Positions 20,490-30,156 of a DNA stretch of 64,000 nucleotides are shown here, piece by piece. Both the position numbers and the translations under genes were made by a program. Each line of letters begins with the position of its first letter. The first letter of the stretch is position 1. Below the pieces are notes generated by a model. The model ran no database searches and had not been told where the DNA came from. It worked only from the letters and a program-made list of their open reading frames with translations. This DNA is from a virus. Lineage: Duplodnaviria > Caudoviricetes. Where the stretch lies: positions 5,339 to 69,338 of the IMG/VR virus record IMGVR_UViG_3300028886_000088. The stretch is one strand, 5' to 3'.

Positions 20490-22206
20490 AGAAATAAAAG
20501 ATATTGTATTGGAAGAATTACATAGATATTCATTGAATGAAAGTTTAAGTGATATTGTATATCATTTCACTTCTGTTGATGCTTTGGTGAACATTTTGAA
20601 AACAAACAAGATGTTTTGTCAAAGCATATTGGCGGGGTCTGCTGATGATATGGATTCAAAGAATTTGTTTTATATTTCTTTTACAAGAAACAAATCTCCA
20701 TATGAAGGTTGGGGTTATCATATGTCTTATGGAGATTGTGTGAGAATTGAATTTGATGGTACTTTGTTGAATCAGAAGTACAAAGGTGGGCCAGTAAATT
20801 ATTGGGGTGCTAGTAATATAGGCAACAAATGGGACTATCAAAGAAAAGCAAGCGGTGTTGAAGATGGTGCTAAAAATGGTGCTTTCGAATATACAGCATT
20901 AAAAGATGGTGAAACAGTTCCTAATAACGAAACTGTTAAAAGGATTACCAAAATTTTACCTTTTTTCCGTTATCCAACTGCTAAAAGCCCAAATTTTGTA
21001 AAACTTGGTGATGAAACATATAAAAAAGTACCGTTATATGATAAAATAAGAAAAAGCACTAGTCTTGAAGATATATATAGCCATGTTTTTAACGAAATAG
21101 AAGATAGATTGTTCACAAACAAATCTTATATCAATGATGTAATAAAATACATTAGGAGAATTGATATTTTAATGACAAAAATTTCTGATGAAAGCAAATT
21201 TCCTAAAAATGATTTTTATAAACTAATGCTAAAATATGGCTATAATAAAGAATATGGACGCGGAATTATTTTTATATATGACAATAAAAAGGATTTTACA
21301 TTTCAAACAGACAATTGCATAAATGAAAAATATATGAATTTATGTGATGAAAATATGGGTGATTATCGTTACGAAAAGAAATATGGTTTTCAACCAGAAA
21401 ATGTCGCTAAATTCTTTGCATTATTAAAATATAAAGACAAAGATATAAAACAAACATTTGTATATACAGCCAAAACACTTAGAAAATATGGTTTTGATGA
21501 ATATGTTAATAAGACAATAAATTATTTAAATAATATTTGTTGGTGGGATATATTATCTAACGTTACTAATTATTGCCATGATTTATCAAAATACCCAACA
21601 GAAATTGGTCAAAAGGTTTTACAAATGTTTGCTGATTTGCTAATAAAGAATGGTTATCATAATATAAGAGAACTTAACAACGAATTTAGACAATTTCAAA
21701 ATAAAACATATAAAGGAAATATTGATTGGAATAAAGTAGATGGCGAAATGGTCAAAAAATTCAAATGTCTTGAACTTTATGGTTACAAGCATTATGATAT
21801 AACAAATGACAGTGAAACTGATGTTTGGTATCTACTTGGTTTGAATAATCTAAGGGACAGATATTATTTAATTGACAGAATAATGGATGACACACGTTAT
21901 GAATTGCCGCCAACTTGGATTTATAAAGTAAGAGGAAATGACGAAGAAAAATTCAAGAAATACTTGCAATCACTTGCACATGGAAAGTTGAATTTAGGAA
22001 AGTTCATACAAATACTCAGAACCATTGGTTTTAAGGGAGAAATGATAAAATCATATCTTAATGAGCCGAAAATATTTTCAATAAATGCTAATTGGTCTGA
22101 TTATCAATGGAAATATGATATGAAACCACCATGTGAAATGAGCAATGATGAAGCAAATATGAGAGTATTTAACATATTCAAAAAACAAGATTTGGAAGAT
22201 GAATAA
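20482..22206 (+). CDS. head-leader protein with a putative ADP-ribosyltransferase-like fold
   Basis: VYHFTS...NIL, YISFTR, VRIEFDG..L, PVNYWG and EIEDRL. Confidence 0.5.
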   Translation: MLKEIKDIVLEELHRYSLNESLSDIVYHFTSVDALVNILKTNKMFCQSILAGSADDMDSKNLFYISFTRNKSPYEGWGYHMSYGDCVRIEFDGTLLNQKYKGGPVNYWGASNIGNKWDYQRKASGVEDGAKNGAFEYTALKDGETVPNNETVKRITKILPFFRYPTAKSPNFVKLGDETYKKVPLYDKIRKSTSLEDIYSHVFNEIEDRLFTNKSYINDVIKYIRRIDILMTKISDESKFPKNDFYKLMLKYGYNKEYGRGIIFIYDNKKDFTFQTDNCINEKYMNLCDENMGDYRYEKKYGFQPENVAKFFALLKYKDKDIKQTFVYTAKTLRKYGFDEYVNKTINYLNNICWWDILSNVTNYCHDLSKYPTEIGQKVLQMFADLLIKNGYHNIRELNNEFRQFQNKTYKGNIDWNKVDGEMVKKFKCLELYGYKHYDITNDSETDVWYLLGLNNLRDRYYLIDRIMDDTRYELPPTWIYKVRGNDEEKFKKYLQSLAHGKLNLGKFIQILRTIGFKGEMIKSYLNEPKIFSINANWSDYQWKYDMKPPCEMSNDEANMRVFNIFKKQDLEDE

Positions 22207-23599
22207 GAAAAGAAAAAAGAACATTATAAAGGATTATGAATCTGAAAAGGATGAACAGATGATTGGCTGTGAACCAAATTCAACGCCAACTTATTTCCAT
22301 ATTAAAGAAGCAGTTAAAAAGGTACTAAATGAATGGTATAACAGAAATATTCCAGACATTTCAGAAATAGGGGAATTTGAATATTATTTGGATTTTGATG
22401 AAGACGAATATATGGAATATTTACAAGACAATGAATTGGAGGACAATGAAGAAAACAAGAGAACATTCATAATGGATTATTCTGAATTTGATATTAATTT
22501 TTATGATTCAGAAACCTATCACCAATTTGGTTCTGCAAGAATGTCATATAGCGAAATAGAAGATAGTTTCGGAGAATTTGGTGAAGCACTTGCCGCACAT
22601 ATTTTGAATGATTGCATTAAATACGGTCAAGGCAGAATTGAAAAAAATGAACTTTTATACAGTAAGATAACTGTTGATGTGAATGACCCAAATTCAATAA
22701 ATGCTGCTGCTGTCAAAATATTGCCGAACGGTGAATATTACAAGGGTTGTAGAGGCTTTATCTTGACAAATGGCGTTGTTGTATATACGGAACAAGAACA
22801 TAACCATTGTAGTGAAATTCCTGGAATCAAAGGAACTGTTGACTTTATCAAAAGAGGAAATATAAGAGTTCTAATGGATTCTATTGATGTTTGGACAAAA
22901 CCTACAATAGAGCAAAAAAGAACTTTGGTGAAAGTTGCAAGATGTTATGCAAATGACGATTTGGTAGTTTCTGTAATATATAACGGTTGTGAAAAATATA
23001 AAACATTCACAAACGTAAATGCTGAAGAACTTTTTGATTTCTTGGATAATATATATGGTGTGAACGAAAGCATATCAAGAATAATAAGAGAAGAAATTGA
23101 AAACACCTTGTTTGAAGACAATGACTTGTTTCAACTTGCAATTGATGAATATGGTTTGACAAACAGATTGGGTTTGGGAGGCTTTATATTACCAAATGGT
23201 GGTTTGCTTAAATTTTCAGATTCTAATGATGTAAGAGATATTGACCATAGAAATATTGAAAGAATATATAAAAGCAATAATATTGATATTCCATTAGATA
23301 AGCAATACAGATTCAGTTATGTTGTCGATTTTATGAATCATGGAGCAATACGATATGATTCTAAAAATGGTACAATAAGTTTCACAAAAGAACCAACAAA
23401 ACAACAATATGCGGTAATACAACAAATTGCAAGAGTGAATATGAGAAATGGTCTTTACATTGATATTATAAATAGTCAAAATGGTGACGTTATTTATAGT
23501 TTTGAATATGACATACCAATGCCATTAAAAGTTGTTAAAGACATACATAAATATTTTAATGGCGGTATACAACAATTAAACGAAAATTCTAGAGCGTAA
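22199..23599 (+). CDS. head-leader protein with an internally duplicated domain
   Basis: Two copies of GFIL.NG...H...F...G.IR....PT.(E/Q)Q; IKEAVKKVLNE and IIREEI helices. Confidence 0.6.
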   Translation: MNKKRKKNIIKDYESEKDEQMIGCEPNSTPTYFHIKEAVKKVLNEWYNRNIPDISEIGEFEYYLDFDEDEYMEYLQDNELEDNEENKRTFIMDYSEFDINFYDSETYHQFGSARMSYSEIEDSFGEFGEALAAHILNDCIKYGQGRIEKNELLYSKITVDVNDPNSINAAAVKILPNGEYYKGCRGFILTNGVVVYTEQEHNHCSEIPGIKGTVDFIKRGNIRVLMDSIDVWTKPTIEQKRTLVKVARCYANDDLVVSVIYNGCEKYKTFTNVNAEELFDFLDNIYGVNESISRIIREEIENTLFEDNDLFQLAIDEYGLTNRLGLGGFILPNGGLLKFSDSNDVRDIDHRNIERIYKSNNIDIPLDKQYRFSYVVDFMNHGAIRYDSKNGTISFTKEPTKQQYAVIQQIARVNMRNGLYIDIINSQNGDVIYSFEYDIPMPLKVVKDIHKYFNGGIQQLNENSRA

Positions 23600-23670
23600 A
23601 TAACATATAATGGAAAATAAAAAACACTAGTTACTGAAAAATAACTAGTGTTTTTTTTTATTGTAAATTA

Positions 23671-24135
23671 TCATTTTGATGTTTTATATTTGTTTGGATT
23701 TCCAAGAATGTCTTTCAGTTTTTTTCTTGCTTCCAATTTTGTTTTAAATTTAGTTGCTTCATAATCATTTTCGACTATATAAATATAATCGTTTGAATGG
23801 CATTGCACATAACTTGTACAGAAAAAGAATGGAATTTCTCTACAAATAATGTAATGTTCATTATATGAAATTACTTCGCCATTGAAATTATATTCAAAGT
23901 TGTCTTGATATGGTACAATAAAATATTTTGCCTTTAACCATGAAACATTGTTTGTTGATAAATGGTCTCTTACATATAAAAAAATAATAATAATTAGAAT
24001 AAAATCCATTATTGTAAAAGCAACAATTGATGGGTAAAAATTGTTATTGTTACTACATGAGATAATAATAATAAGTTCCAAAGAAATTAAAATTATTACA
24101 GACCATACAAATATTTTTATTTCTTTTTTTGTCAT
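23671..24135 (-). CDS. membrane protein with two TM segments
   Basis: Hydrophobic N-terminal segments. Confidence 0.55.
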   Translation of the reverse strand: MTKKEIKIFVWSVIILISLELIIIISCSNNNNFYPSIVAFTIMDFILIIIIFLYVRDHLSTNNVSWLKAKYFIVPYQDNFEYNFNGEVISYNEHYIICREIPFFFCTSYVQCHSNDYIYIVENDYEATKFKTKLEARKKLKDILGNPNKYKTSK

Positions 24136-24267
24136 AATACACTTTTTTTATATTTTTCTTTTGCAAAGATAGTTGTTTTTTATCAAAAATGCAAATTTTT
24201 TTATGACTTTAACTTATTTTAACAAAATAAAAATTAAGGAATATTTATCTTTATAAATGGCAATGAA

Positions 24268-24999
24268 ATGGTTTATAATATTATAAAAGAAGAAATACAA
24301 CGTGTTTTGAAAGAAAATTATTTTGCTTCAAGATATGAAAAAGAATGTAGGGAAACGGCTGAAAGAATAATGAAGAAATTAAACTATGAAATATATGAAC
24401 GTGAACAAAGCAATGAAAAAATGTATTTCTATATAACAGATTATTTGTGTATTCCATATAAAGAATCAAATGAAAAATATAAAATAGATATATCGGTGTG
24501 GTATGATAAAAATAGACCTTTAAACAAGTTCTATGGAGCATATTATTATGAAATGAATGACATTGAAATAGAAGTTGGAGAAAACGTAACATTTGACAAT
24601 ATATACGGAATTCTTCAGCACGAACTTACTCATGCCTTGGATTTTATGTTGAACAAAATGAAAAAATACACAATTAAATCACATGAAATACAACCTTATA
24701 ATAGCGGTATCGAAAACAAGAAAATTGAAGAAATAATGTATCGATTGTGGGACACTTCTGAATTCAATGCACATCAAGCACCAATGTATGACAATTATCA
24801 CAATGCTTTGATAGAAAAGATGATGAAACTATTGAATGACGTTTATTATGATGAAACAATAGATTGGAAACAAATTGGCTCTGTAATTCGAAACTATACT
24901 AATAGAATAACGAAATATTCTAATCCAGAAACAATAAAGAAATATTTTTTCGATACATCATTCAAAAAACTTAAAAAGTTCATAAGAAAAACAATATAA
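24268..24999 (+). CDS. head-leader protein with an HExxH zinc-metallopeptidase motif
   Basis: IIKEEIQRVLKE leader; ILQHELTHALD and downstream E.NAH. Confidence 0.65.
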   Translation: MVYNIIKEEIQRVLKENYFASRYEKECRETAERIMKKLNYEIYEREQSNEKMYFYITDYLCIPYKESNEKYKIDISVWYDKNRPLNKFYGAYYYEMNDIEIEVGENVTFDNIYGILQHELTHALDFMLNKMKKYTIKSHEIQPYNSGIENKKIEEIMYRLWDTSEFNAHQAPMYDNYHNALIEKMMKLLNDVYYDETIDWKQIGSVIRNYTNRITKYSNPETIKKYFFDTSFKKLKKFIRKTI

Positions 25000-25001
25000 A
25001 A

Positions 25002-25017
25002 ATATTTATTATAAATA
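25002..25017 (+). promoter_or_regulatory. putative phage late promoter motif ATATTTAT...TAAA (example copy)
   Basis: ATATTTAT on the sense strand upstream of genes at 610, 24241, 25002, 27777, 46177 and 49797; minus-strand copies at 2888, 7183, 8605, 15714, 17545, 39912 and 59967. Confidence 0.6.
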
Positions 25018-25028
25018 GATATATCAAT

Positions 25029-26180
25029 ATGTTAATAACAGACGAATTAAGAGGCTTGTTCAAAATGGTAAGAACAAAACTTGGCGCACCAATAAGACAA
25101 ATACAGTTGACAGATGATATGCTCTGTGATTTGCTTGAATTGTGTACTGCCGATTATGCCCAGCAGGTGCAGATGTGGATAATAGAACAAAATTGGTTGA
25201 ATTTATATGGGAAAAATTCATTTTTGCAAAATCCACAAGATTTGGCATTCGCATTGACACAAAGAACAATGGATTTTTCTAGGGATTTCAGTTATTGGTT
25301 TTCAAGAGAGGTTGGCTTGCAACAGCGAGGCCCATACGAACTTAAAAAGGATTTCTTTCAAGTTGAAAGATGTAAACAATGTTATCTAATTCCCGCTGGA
25401 CGAGAAATAAACAAGGTTCTTTATGTAACACCATCAACAACAAAGGCTGCTTTGTATGGTAATCTTGGAACACTTGACACTGGTATTGCGGGTGGTTTTG
25501 GTCAGTTTGGCAATTTGGCAAATGGTATGGGTATAACGGGTTTCTTTGTCGGTTCTGCTTATGACACAGCACTTTTATCTGCTGACTTGAAATACAAGAA
25601 TTCCCTTTTAAGAGGTGATTTGGCTTATAAAGTTACTGCTGGTCCAAATGGAACACATATTATACATTTGTTATCAACACCAGGCTCACCAAATATGTTG
25701 GGTGGTCTTGCTGCTGATGACAATGCTTGGGGTTGGAACAGATTTGCCAATTGCTTTGTGTGGTACACTTATTATGATACAAACGGTAGTGAGGAAGATA
25801 TGCTTGCTTGTGCTATCGAAAACAAGGACGATGTATTGTTAACACCAGACCAAGTACCGTTGAATAAAATGCAATTTGAATTGATGAATGAACCAACACA
25901 ACAAACAATCCGTCAATTGTTGGTTGCAGAAGCAATGATAACTTTGGGTATTGTGAGAGGTACTAACAGCGGAGTTGTAAAGATTCCGAGCGCGGAACTT
26001 CAATTAGACTATAGCATGTTACTGGATTTAGGAAAGGCGGAGAAGGAACGTGTTCTTACAGAATTAAAGGAAAGACTTGAAAGAATGCTTCCTTGGAATA
26101 TGATGAAGAACATGAATGATATGACAACGCAAACATTGGAGATTTTAAAAGCAAAACCACTTGGCTTGTATGTGAGATAA
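25029..26180 (+). CDS. neck / head-tail connector protein (T4 gp13-like)
   Basis: RTKLGAPIRQIQLTDD resembles gp13 RRLGAPIINVELT; C-terminal G.V....E..L.EL. Confidence 0.75.
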   Translation: MLITDELRGLFKMVRTKLGAPIRQIQLTDDMLCDLLELCTADYAQQVQMWIIEQNWLNLYGKNSFLQNPQDLAFALTQRTMDFSRDFSYWFSREVGLQQRGPYELKKDFFQVERCKQCYLIPAGREINKVLYVTPSTTKAALYGNLGTLDTGIAGGFGQFGNLANGMGITGFFVGSAYDTALLSADLKYKNSLLRGDLAYKVTAGPNGTHIIHLLSTPGSPNMLGGLAADDNAWGWNRFANCFVWYTYYDTNGSEEDMLACAIENKDDVLLTPDQVPLNKMQFELMNEPTQQTIRQLLVAEAMITLGIVRGTNSGVVKIPSAELQLDYSMLLDLGKAEKERVLTELKERLERMLPWNMMKNMNDMTTQTLEILKAKPLGLYVR

Positions 26181-26278
26181 CATATAAAAATGACAATAGT
26201 AAAAAAATACGTTTACTATTGTCATTTTTTTTGTTTGAAATTTTGTTTTTAAAAAATATTTTTATATATTAGTAAAAA

Positions 26279-26596
26279 ATGGTATCATTAAGACAGCAAG
26301 TTTTTATAGAAAAGTGTAAACAAAAATACGGTGATTTATATGATTATTCAAAAGTTGACTATGTACATCACGAAACAAAAGTTTGCATTATATGCCCAAA
26401 GCATGGCGAATTTTATATAACGCCACATGAATTTTTAAGAGACGGAAAAGGTTGCCCAAAATGCGGTCATGAAAGAGGTGGTGTAAAGAATACATTATTG
26501 CAAGACGAAATTATTGAGCGTTTCAAGAAAATACACGGTGACGCATATGATTATTCAAAATTTGTTTATACGAAAATGTCAGATGACCACTTGTGA
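26279..26596 (+). pseudogene. truncated DUF723-like endonuclease
   Basis: One complete repeat; the second breaks after YDYSKFVYTKMS; no nuclease domain. Confidence 0.7.
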
Positions 26597-26703
26597 AATT
26601 TGATGCCGATTTCACCCGAATCAACTACTGTACAAGAGGTGGTCATCAGTGCTGCAATGACGGTGACGCATAGCGTCATGAGATAGAATTTGAAGTTCTT
26701 CAT
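26566..26703 (-). pseudogene. truncated SPFH/band-7 lipoprotein (45 aa; not in the ORF track)
   Basis: MKNFKFYLMTLCVTVIAALMTTSCTVVDSGEIGIKFHKWS: lipoprotein signal plus SPFH-like first strand, cut at ~26580. Confidence 0.6.
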
Positions 26704-26735
26704 TTTTTTTGTTTGTTTTTAAAAAGTTAATATTT

Positions 26736-27188
26736 TTATTTTATTTCACCATTTTCAGTAATAGTATATTTGTTTGTGCCTATGTCAAAATGAGCAACAC
26801 CATTAGTAAAATTGCTACAATAATCAGCCCATTCCTTTATCAAGAGATTGCCGTTTTTGTCCATATAATTGTATTTCGAATGACCTTTTTTGTAAATTAT
26901 TACACCAACGAAATGTTGGCTGCGCGTCATAAAAGTATCATCAAACCAAATAGAAGAAACTAACTTTCCATCTTGATTGATAAAATTCAACTTGGTAAAA
27001 ACATAAACTTTTGCCAACTCTTTCACTCCACCACTTCCAAAGGAATTAACCGATTCAAACCAATCTTTTGAAACGAGTTTTCCTTGTTCATTGATAAAAT
27101 TCCATAATGGGCGTAAACCGAATTTATCAAGTTTTGAAACTCTTGCAAAACCATTTGTGAATTTGCCTACAATCTCATACTTTTTCAT
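26736..27188 (-). CDS. WG (KWG Leptospira-type) repeat protein
   Basis: WNFINEQGKLVSKDWF....F repeats. Confidence 0.8.
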   Translation of the reverse strand: MKKYEIVGKFTNGFARVSKLDKFGLRPLWNFINEQGKLVSKDWFESVNSFGSGGVKELAKVYVFTKLNFINQDGKLVSSIWFDDTFMTRSQHFVGVIIYKKGHSKYNYMDKNGNLLIKEWADYCSNFTNGVAHFDIGTNKYTITENGEIK

Positions 27189-27236
27189 ATAAAAATGATT
27201 TTTGTTATTGTTTATTGTTTTTGTTAATTTTTACGA

Positions 27237-27270
27237 TGCAAAGATAAGGAGTTTTTTTGAATATTCCAAA
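27237..27270 (-). promoter_or_regulatory. Bacteroidota sigma-A type (-33 TTTG / -7 TAnnTTTG) early promoter
   Basis: TTTG-N20-TATCTTTGCA on the minus strand; similar sites at 1968, 11151, 24162, 27700, 28634, 32994, 34772, 35438 and 35755. Confidence 0.75.
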
Positions 27271-27308
27271 TTATTTTTGTTAATAATTGTTAAAACTTTT
27301 CAAAAAAA

Positions 27309-27704
27309 TTATGGTTTGAATATCATTGTTTCATGATAATATGAATCGTTTTCGAATAATTTGAAATTTTCACTTTCATATAGATGCATTGCATTTTTAT
27401 TTGATGGAAGAACATCTAGAACAACACAAGTATTCAAATATTCTTTTTTTATATATTGTAAAACTTGATGCCCATAACCTTTATTTCGATATGATTTCAA
27501 AATTTCAAAATTATAAAGATAACAACATTTTTTATTAAATGGTAGTTTGTGCTTAGTTTTAAAATAATAATCTTTTCTGTGTTGAACAATTATACTACCA
27601 ATTTCAACACCATTTAATAAAAAAACAAGTTTGTCTTTATTAAATAAAGGGATTACTTTTTTTTGAATGTCTATTTCCATAACATTATATTTTTTATACT
27701 GCAA
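27309..27704 (-). CDS. GNAT family acetyltransferase
   Basis: YRNKGYG motif A; N.NAMHLYE..NF. Confidence 0.8.
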   Translation of the reverse strand: MQYKKYNVMEIDIQKKVIPLFNKDKLVFLLNGVEIGSIIVQHRKDYYFKTKHKLPFNKKCCYLYNFEILKSYRNKGYGHQVLQYIKKEYLNTCVVLDVLPSNKNAMHLYESENFKLFENDSYYHETMIFKP

Positions 27705-27804
27705 AGATAAGTAGTTTTCTTGAATGTGACAAATTATTTTTGTTAATAATAGTTAATTTTTTTTTTATTGTAATTCATATTTATTAAAAAATACATCATA
27801 AAAT

Positions 27805-28161
27805 ATGAAAAAGGTTATAAGATTGACAGAAAATGATATTCACAAAATTGTCAAAAACAGTGTAAAAAGAACATTGAAAGAAAATGAAAATAATGAAATG
27901 GCTATTAATCGTATCAACAAAGGAACATATAAAGGTAAAGTTTCAATGGATGAAGATGATTATAGTGTTGTAAAAAAAGCATATCATGACATAATTGCAA
28001 TAATGGAAGATTGTTTGGCAAAAACAGAAAATTGGGATAGTCCAGAAGGAGAAGCATTAAATGCTATTTGGAGAGGTCCAGTTATGGATTTAAGAAGTTT
28101 GTTTATGAACAATATGACAAAATATGAATGGGATGAAACTCATAATGGTTTAAGTCATTAA
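27805..28161 (+). CDS. putative internal head protein
   Basis: Leader MKKVIRLTENDIHKIVKNSVKRTLKE; ATATTTAT at 27777. Confidence 0.65.
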   Translation: MKKVIRLTENDIHKIVKNSVKRTLKENENNEMAINRINKGTYKGKVSMDEDDYSVVKKAYHDIIAIMEDCLAKTENWDSPEGEALNAIWRGPVMDLRSLFMNNMTKYEWDETHNGLSH

Positions 28162-28364
28162 AATTTAAAAATAGAATATTGTATAAAAAAAGAGGTTTCC
28201 ATTAGAATGGAAGCCTCTTTTTTATTTTTCTGTCTATTGTAAGTTTTTTTACTGTTATGAACAACAGATGGTCTTAAACTGAGTAGTTTGCCATATTGTT
28301 CAATTTCATTCTTTCGCCTTGCTGATTCAGCGAATTTCAGATTTTGATTCCTTTTCTTTTTCAT
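28158..28364 (-). CDS. small basic protein (68 aa from ATG 28364)
   Basis: RPSVVHNSKKTYNRQKNK, weakly reminiscent of the ArfA KGSY.RK segment. Confidence 0.45.
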   Translation of the reverse strand: MKKKRNQNLKFAESARRKNEIEQYGKLLSLRPSVVHNSKKTYNRQKNKKEASILMETSFFIQYSIFKF

Positions 28365-28380
28365 GGTATTATTTAAAGTT

Positions 28381-28605
28381 TTAATAATCACCTTCTGATA
28401 TGTCAAACCTTTCATTTTCTGCACCAGAAGAATATGCTTCATGCGCAATTTCTCTGACAATATCAACAATTTTTTTAACATCCCTTTGTTTACTAATACC
28501 AAATTGTTTCAATAAAGGGACTAATTTATCGTTGCAAATTTGTGTTGCAGTATCGTTCTGACCAAACGGGTCGGAGCAATATAAGTCATATTCTTTTTTA
28601 GCCAT
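28381..28605 (-). CDS. hypothetical protein
   Basis: 74-aa ORF behind an early-type promoter. Confidence 0.55.
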   Translation of the reverse strand: MAKKEYDLYCSDPFGQNDTATQICNDKLVPLLKQFGISKQRDVKKIVDIVREIAHEAYSSGAENERFDISEGDY

Positions 28606-28689
28606 AGTTTATATTTTTTTTGAATTTGATGGTGCAAAAATAGTATATAAAATTGATATATCCAAATAATTTTAGTTAATAAAAGTTAA

Positions 28690-28989
28690 TTACAAATAAC
28701 AAAAGTTAATTAAAAATATTTCCCATTTTCTCACATAAAAATCTACATTATCTACAATATTTTCGTAACAATTTTTTTTTGGCTTGTGAAAAAACAAAAT
28801 ACCATCTACAAATTCAAGCAACCTTTTAACAAATAAACCGTCACAAGTCATCTTTTTGATTAATTCCATAATATTACATGTTTCATATCTAATATTGTGA
28901 ATATAATATTTTAAAGCATCAATAACAATTTTATATAAGTTTTCTTCTTTTAGAAATCTTATTAATATTTTTATATTCATTTGTTTCAT
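28690..28989 (-). CDS. hypothetical protein
   Basis: 99-aa ORF in the operon downstream of the dNMP kinase. Confidence 0.5.
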   Translation of the reverse strand: MKQMNIKILIRFLKEENLYKIVIDALKYYIHNIRYETCNIMELIKKMTCDGLFVKRLLEFVDGILFFHKPKKNCYENIVDNVDFYVRKWEIFLINFCYL

Positions 28990-28996
28990 ATTTTTT

Positions 28997-29872
28997 TTAA
29001 TTATAAAACCTTTTCAAATCTTCAATCATAAGAGGATTTGTTACTATTTCTGTATTTCCGTTATCATAATATATTCTGAACAATGAATTGTTGAAATTCT
29101 CCAATCTAGCATTTTTTATCCCATAAAGGAAAAATTTAGGGTCATAAGTGAATTCGTATTTGTTAATGAAAAGGCTGTCAAATATATTGAAAGGTTCATC
29201 ATTATTCATAAGTGAATCATTTGTTTCCTTGTCATTATATATTTTATTTAATAATTGTGACCGTGATATGATTGATTTGCCGATTCCATTTTCAATGAAA
29301 TTTGCCCAATTGAACATAAGATAATCCAATGTTTTATCATTGATTATTATGTTGTCAAAATCTTGCCATCTTAAACTTGTTTCTGAAATGTGGTTGGAAA
29401 CATATTCAAGATTTGGTCTTACCAAATAAAAGCATATTGCACCCATCATTTCAAGCATTTTCTTTTCGTTAGGAAAACGCAAATCATCAAAAACATAATT
29501 CTTTGATGAATCAATCATTTCTGCCACACGATTAACATGCCAATCTTGATTATATTCTCTAATCAAATCAGTCCCTATGTATTGCATCATTTCCCTAGTA
29601 TTGTTGAAAATATGGTTTTTCAATTTTTCTTCAACAGTTTTTAAAGGAATGTTTGTTTCTTTTGAAACCAATTCTATTTTATCATCATCAAGAATATATT
29701 CACTTTTAACATTCTTTAATTTATCAACATCTTCTATTGTTCCATCAATAAGTTTACCAATTAGTTTTTTTAAAGGAAGTGCAAAATACAGTCTTTGAAA
29801 TCCGTTTTTCTCACAGATGTTAGCCAATTGTGTTTTACCGCTTCTGCATCTTCCAGCAAATGCTATAATCAT
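28997..29872 (-). CDS. deoxynucleoside monophosphate kinase (T4 gp1-like)
   Basis: FAGRCRSGKT P-loop, FALPLK, RE.MQ.IGTD, DDLRFPNE and H.SE. Confidence 0.85.
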   Translation of the reverse strand: MIIAFAGRCRSGKTQLANICEKNGFQRLYFALPLKKLIGKLIDGTIEDVDKLKNVKSEYILDDDKIELVSKETNIPLKTVEEKLKNHIFNNTREMMQYIGTDLIREYNQDWHVNRVAEMIDSSKNYVFDDLRFPNEKKMLEMMGAICFYLVRPNLEYVSNHISETSLRWQDFDNIIINDKTLDYLMFNWANFIENGIGKSIISRSQLLNKIYNDKETNDSLMNNDEPFNIFDSLFINKYEFTYDPKFFLYGIKNARLENFNNSLFRIYYDNGNTEIVTNPLMIEDLKRFYN

Positions 29873-30156
29873 GTGTTCATTTCTTTTTCTATTATGTCAG
29901 TCAAATCCTTTTCTGAATAAGCACCCAAAAGTTTTTGAGCGACATTGTTATTTTCGTCAATTATAAGTGTTGTAGGGATGCTTAAAATCTTGTTTTCCCT
30001 CATTATGTCACTTTCTTCATCTGTGCAGTTATCAACATCAACCTTGCACACTTCAAACTTGCCATCATATTTCTTCATTACAGAATCAAATATTGGAGCA
30101 AAGCGATTACATGGCGCACACCATTTTGCGCTGAATTTATATATTTTCTGTATCAT
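29869..30156 (-). CDS. thioredoxin
   Basis: KFSAKWCAPC, VDVD and SIPT motifs. Confidence 0.9.
   Translation of the reverse strand: MIQKIYKFSAKWCAPCNRFAPIFDSVMKKYDGKFEVCKVDVDNCTDEESDIMRENKILSIPTTLIIDENNNVAQKLLGAYSEKDLTDIIEKEMNT

Noticed and set aside
26581-26700. GC-rich inverted repeats (gatgaccac...gtggtcatc) suggesting a structured ncRNA
   Set aside because: Better explained as the minus-strand coding fragment of an SPFH-like lipoprotein.
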